Shown here: positions 17,788 through 20,000 of the stretch, piece after piece | Layout: every line of letters begins with the position of its first letter | Numbering within the stretch: position 1 is the first letter of the stretch | Virus record (IMG/VR): IMGVR_UViG_2061766007_002858 | Reading direction: 5' to 3' (one strand) | Length of the DNA: 20,000 nt | Origin: an uncultured virus (IMG/VR IMGVR_UViG_2061766007_002858) | Lineage: Duplodnaviria > Heunggongvirae > Uroviricota > Caudoviricetes | Position numbers and translations under genes: made by a program | Notes under the pieces: model-generated | What the model was told of the DNA's origin: nothing | The model's input: only the letters and a program-made list of their open reading frames with translations | Database searches by the model: none

Positions 17788-20000
17788 TGCCACCGGGATC
17801 ACCAATTTCAAACAGGTGACGGCGCAGCTTCAGACCTCTGCGCAGACCCTGACGGACAAGCTGGCAGCGCAGAAGCAGAAGGTGGCCGATCTCGAGGCCG
17901 CCTATGAAAAGAGTAAGGCTGAGACCGGCGAGAACTCCGAGGAAACGAAAAAGCTGGCCGCCCAGCTGGAGCAGGCAAAACAGAAGGTCTCCCAGACCGA
18001 GCAGGCGCTGAAGCTCGTCACTCAGCAGTTGAAGCTGTCGCAGAACGGTTTCTATCAGCTGGGCACGCAGCTGGAAAACATCGGCGCGAAGCTGGAGAAT
18101 GTCGGCAAGAAGGTATCCCAGGTCGGGCAGCAGCTCACTACGAAGCTGACCACGCCCATCGTGGCTCTGGGCACCGCCTGCATCACCACCTTCACATCCT
18201 TTGACGACAGCCTTAAAACCGTACAGGCCACCATGGGCCTTGTGGCTGGCTCGTCAGAAGAGGCAGACCGGCAGATTGCCCTGCTCAACAGCACGGCGCA
18301 GGAGATGGGCCGGTCGACACGCTACTCCGCATCTGAAGCTGCCCAGGCATTGAACTACCTGGCTCTGGCCGGATATGACGCGGACGAGGCGTGCGCGGCA
18401 TTGCCGCAGGTGCTTGCCCTGGCGCAGGCGGGCGGGCTGGATCTGGCCTATGCCTCTGACCTGGCCACTGACGCCATGGCGGCCCTTGGTCTCTCTATGG
18501 ATCAGCTGGGCACTTTCTCCGACCAGATGGCTGTCACAGCGCAGAAGTCTAATACGTCCGTCGGGCAGCTGGGCGAAGCCATCCTGACCGTGGGCGGCAC
18601 CGCCAAAAACCTCAAGGGCGGCACGGCGGAGCTGAACGCTGAGCTGGGTATTCTGGCCAACCGCGGTATCAAGGGCGCAGAGGGCGGCACGCACCTGCGC
18701 AATGTCATCCTGTCGCTGACGAAGCCCACAGACAAGGCAGCCGCGCAGCTGGAGGCCCTCGGCGTATCGGTCTATGACAGCTCTGGCAACATGCGGTCCA
18801 TGAACGACATCATGATGGATCTGAACGCGTCCATNNNNNNNNNNCGATAGTTCCGGCAACATGCGGTCCATGAACGACATCATGATGGATCTGAACGCGT
18901 CCATGGACGGCATGACCGCAGAGCAGAAACAGAATATCATCTCTACCATCTTCAATAAGACGGACCTCGCCGCCGTGACGGCGCTGCTGGACGGATGTGG
19001 CACGGAGTTCGATGAGCTCATGGGCTACATCAAGGGCAGCGAAGGCGCAGCCCAGCAGATGGCCGACACCATGGAGAGCGGCCTCGGCGGCTCCTTCCGC
19101 ACGTTGAAATCCGCTGTGGAGGGCCTGGCTATCTCCTTTGGCGAGCGCCTGGCTCCCATGGTGCAGAAGGCGGTCGAGAAGATCACCACCATCGTGAACT
19201 GGCTGACCAGCCTGGATGACAAGACCAAGGATACCATCATCCGGATCGCGGCTATCGCCGCCGCTGTTGGCCCGGTGCTGCTGGTGGGCGGCAAGCTTAT
19301 CACCGGCATCGGGAAAGTCATCAANNNNNNNNNNGGCTGCTGTCGGTCCGGTGCTGTTGGTGGGCGGCAAGCTTATCACCGGCATCGGCAAGGTGATCAA
19401 GAACGTCGGCTCCGTGATGAAGGTTATCTCCGGCGCAACGAAGGTCACCGGGCTGCTGGGCAAGACTATGACCGCGCTGACCGGCCCGGTTGGCATCATG
19501 ATCGCCGTCATCGCGGTATTGGCCGCTGCTTTCATTTCCCTGTACAAGAACAACGAAGAATTCCGGGATAAGGTCAACGCCATCTGGCAGCAGATCTGCG
19601 CAGCGTTTGAAAAGGTGAAGGCAGCTTTCGTCAGCGCCTTTCAAACCCTGCAGTCTTGGTTTGAGCCGATCAAGGCGTCCCTGCAAAAGCTCTGGGGCAC
19701 GATCCAGGGCATTGTGCTGAAGCTGATGCCCGTATTCGAGGCGGTTGGCGCTGCCATCGGCGCGGTGGTGGCTGTCGTGGTGTCGGCGGTCTCCGGCATC
19801 ATCGCGGCCATTGGCCCGGTGATTGACGCCATCGTCAATTATGTGGATTTCCTGGCGAATCTTTTCTCCGCCATCGTGTCCCTGTTCTCCGGGGACTGGG
19901 ACGGCTTCACCCAGGGAATCAAGGACGCCTGGGACAGCCTGTGTACCGCCCTGCAGGATGTATGGACGGCCATCGGCAATTTCTTCTCCCAGTTCTGGGA
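17788..20000 (+). CDS. Tape measure protein (TP901 family), second longer variant copy, composite and 3'-truncated
   Basis: GLDLAYASDLATDAMAALG, SNTSVGQLGEAIL, LANRGIKGAEGGTHLRNVIL, GAAQQMADTM, a hydrophobic stretch, LYKNNEEFRDKVNAIW and Trp-periodic repeats at the window end. Confidence 0.93.

Larger units (their letters stand above)
1..20000 (+). mobile_element. Siphovirus-type (pro)phage segment: accessory cassette region plus head and tail morphogenesis module; scaffold of several strain variants
   Basis: Canonical order terL-portal-protease-capsid-connectors-tail-chaperone-tape measure on the + strand. No integrase or att site lies in the window, so prophage versus free phage cannot be decided. 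Confidence 0.95.

Noticed and set aside
5295..19400. Diversity-generating retroelement TR/VR pairs among the near-identical copies
   Set aside because: Differences involve all four bases at third codon positions rather than adenine-specific changes, and no reverse transcriptase is in the window.

Overview
GC-rich, long-tailed (siphovirus-type, HK97-fold) phage or prophage region of the kind common in Clostridia/Firmicutes; the host assignment is inference. Positions 1-4500 are an accessory region. It opens with a coupled run of small conserved genes (virulence-related-protein-like, DUF4314, DUF5049, DUF3846). Three two-gene cassettes follow, each headed by a copy of the same ~65-85 bp promoter-bearing repeat, and a terminator closes the region. 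Positions 4500-20000 are the morphogenesis module: terminase large subunit, portal, ClpP-type protease, major capsid, head fibre, head-tail connector, head closure, HK97 gp10, tail terminator, major tail protein, tail chaperone(s) and tape measure. The scaffold has more than 30 N gaps, mostly 10 N. Contigs beside the gaps are overlapping, slightly diverged (mostly synonymous) copies of the same genes, and two blocks are inverted. It is therefore best read as several co-assembled strain variants, not real tandem duplications. Most notable: (1) the repeat-delimited cassette array with mosaic repeats; (2) a variant-specific moron with a near-consensus promoter and operator between the tail chaperone and tape measure; (3) a probable non-canonical -1 frameshift that the variant SNPs localise; (4) a probable ACG start codon for terL. 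Family names come from motif recognition, not database searches.
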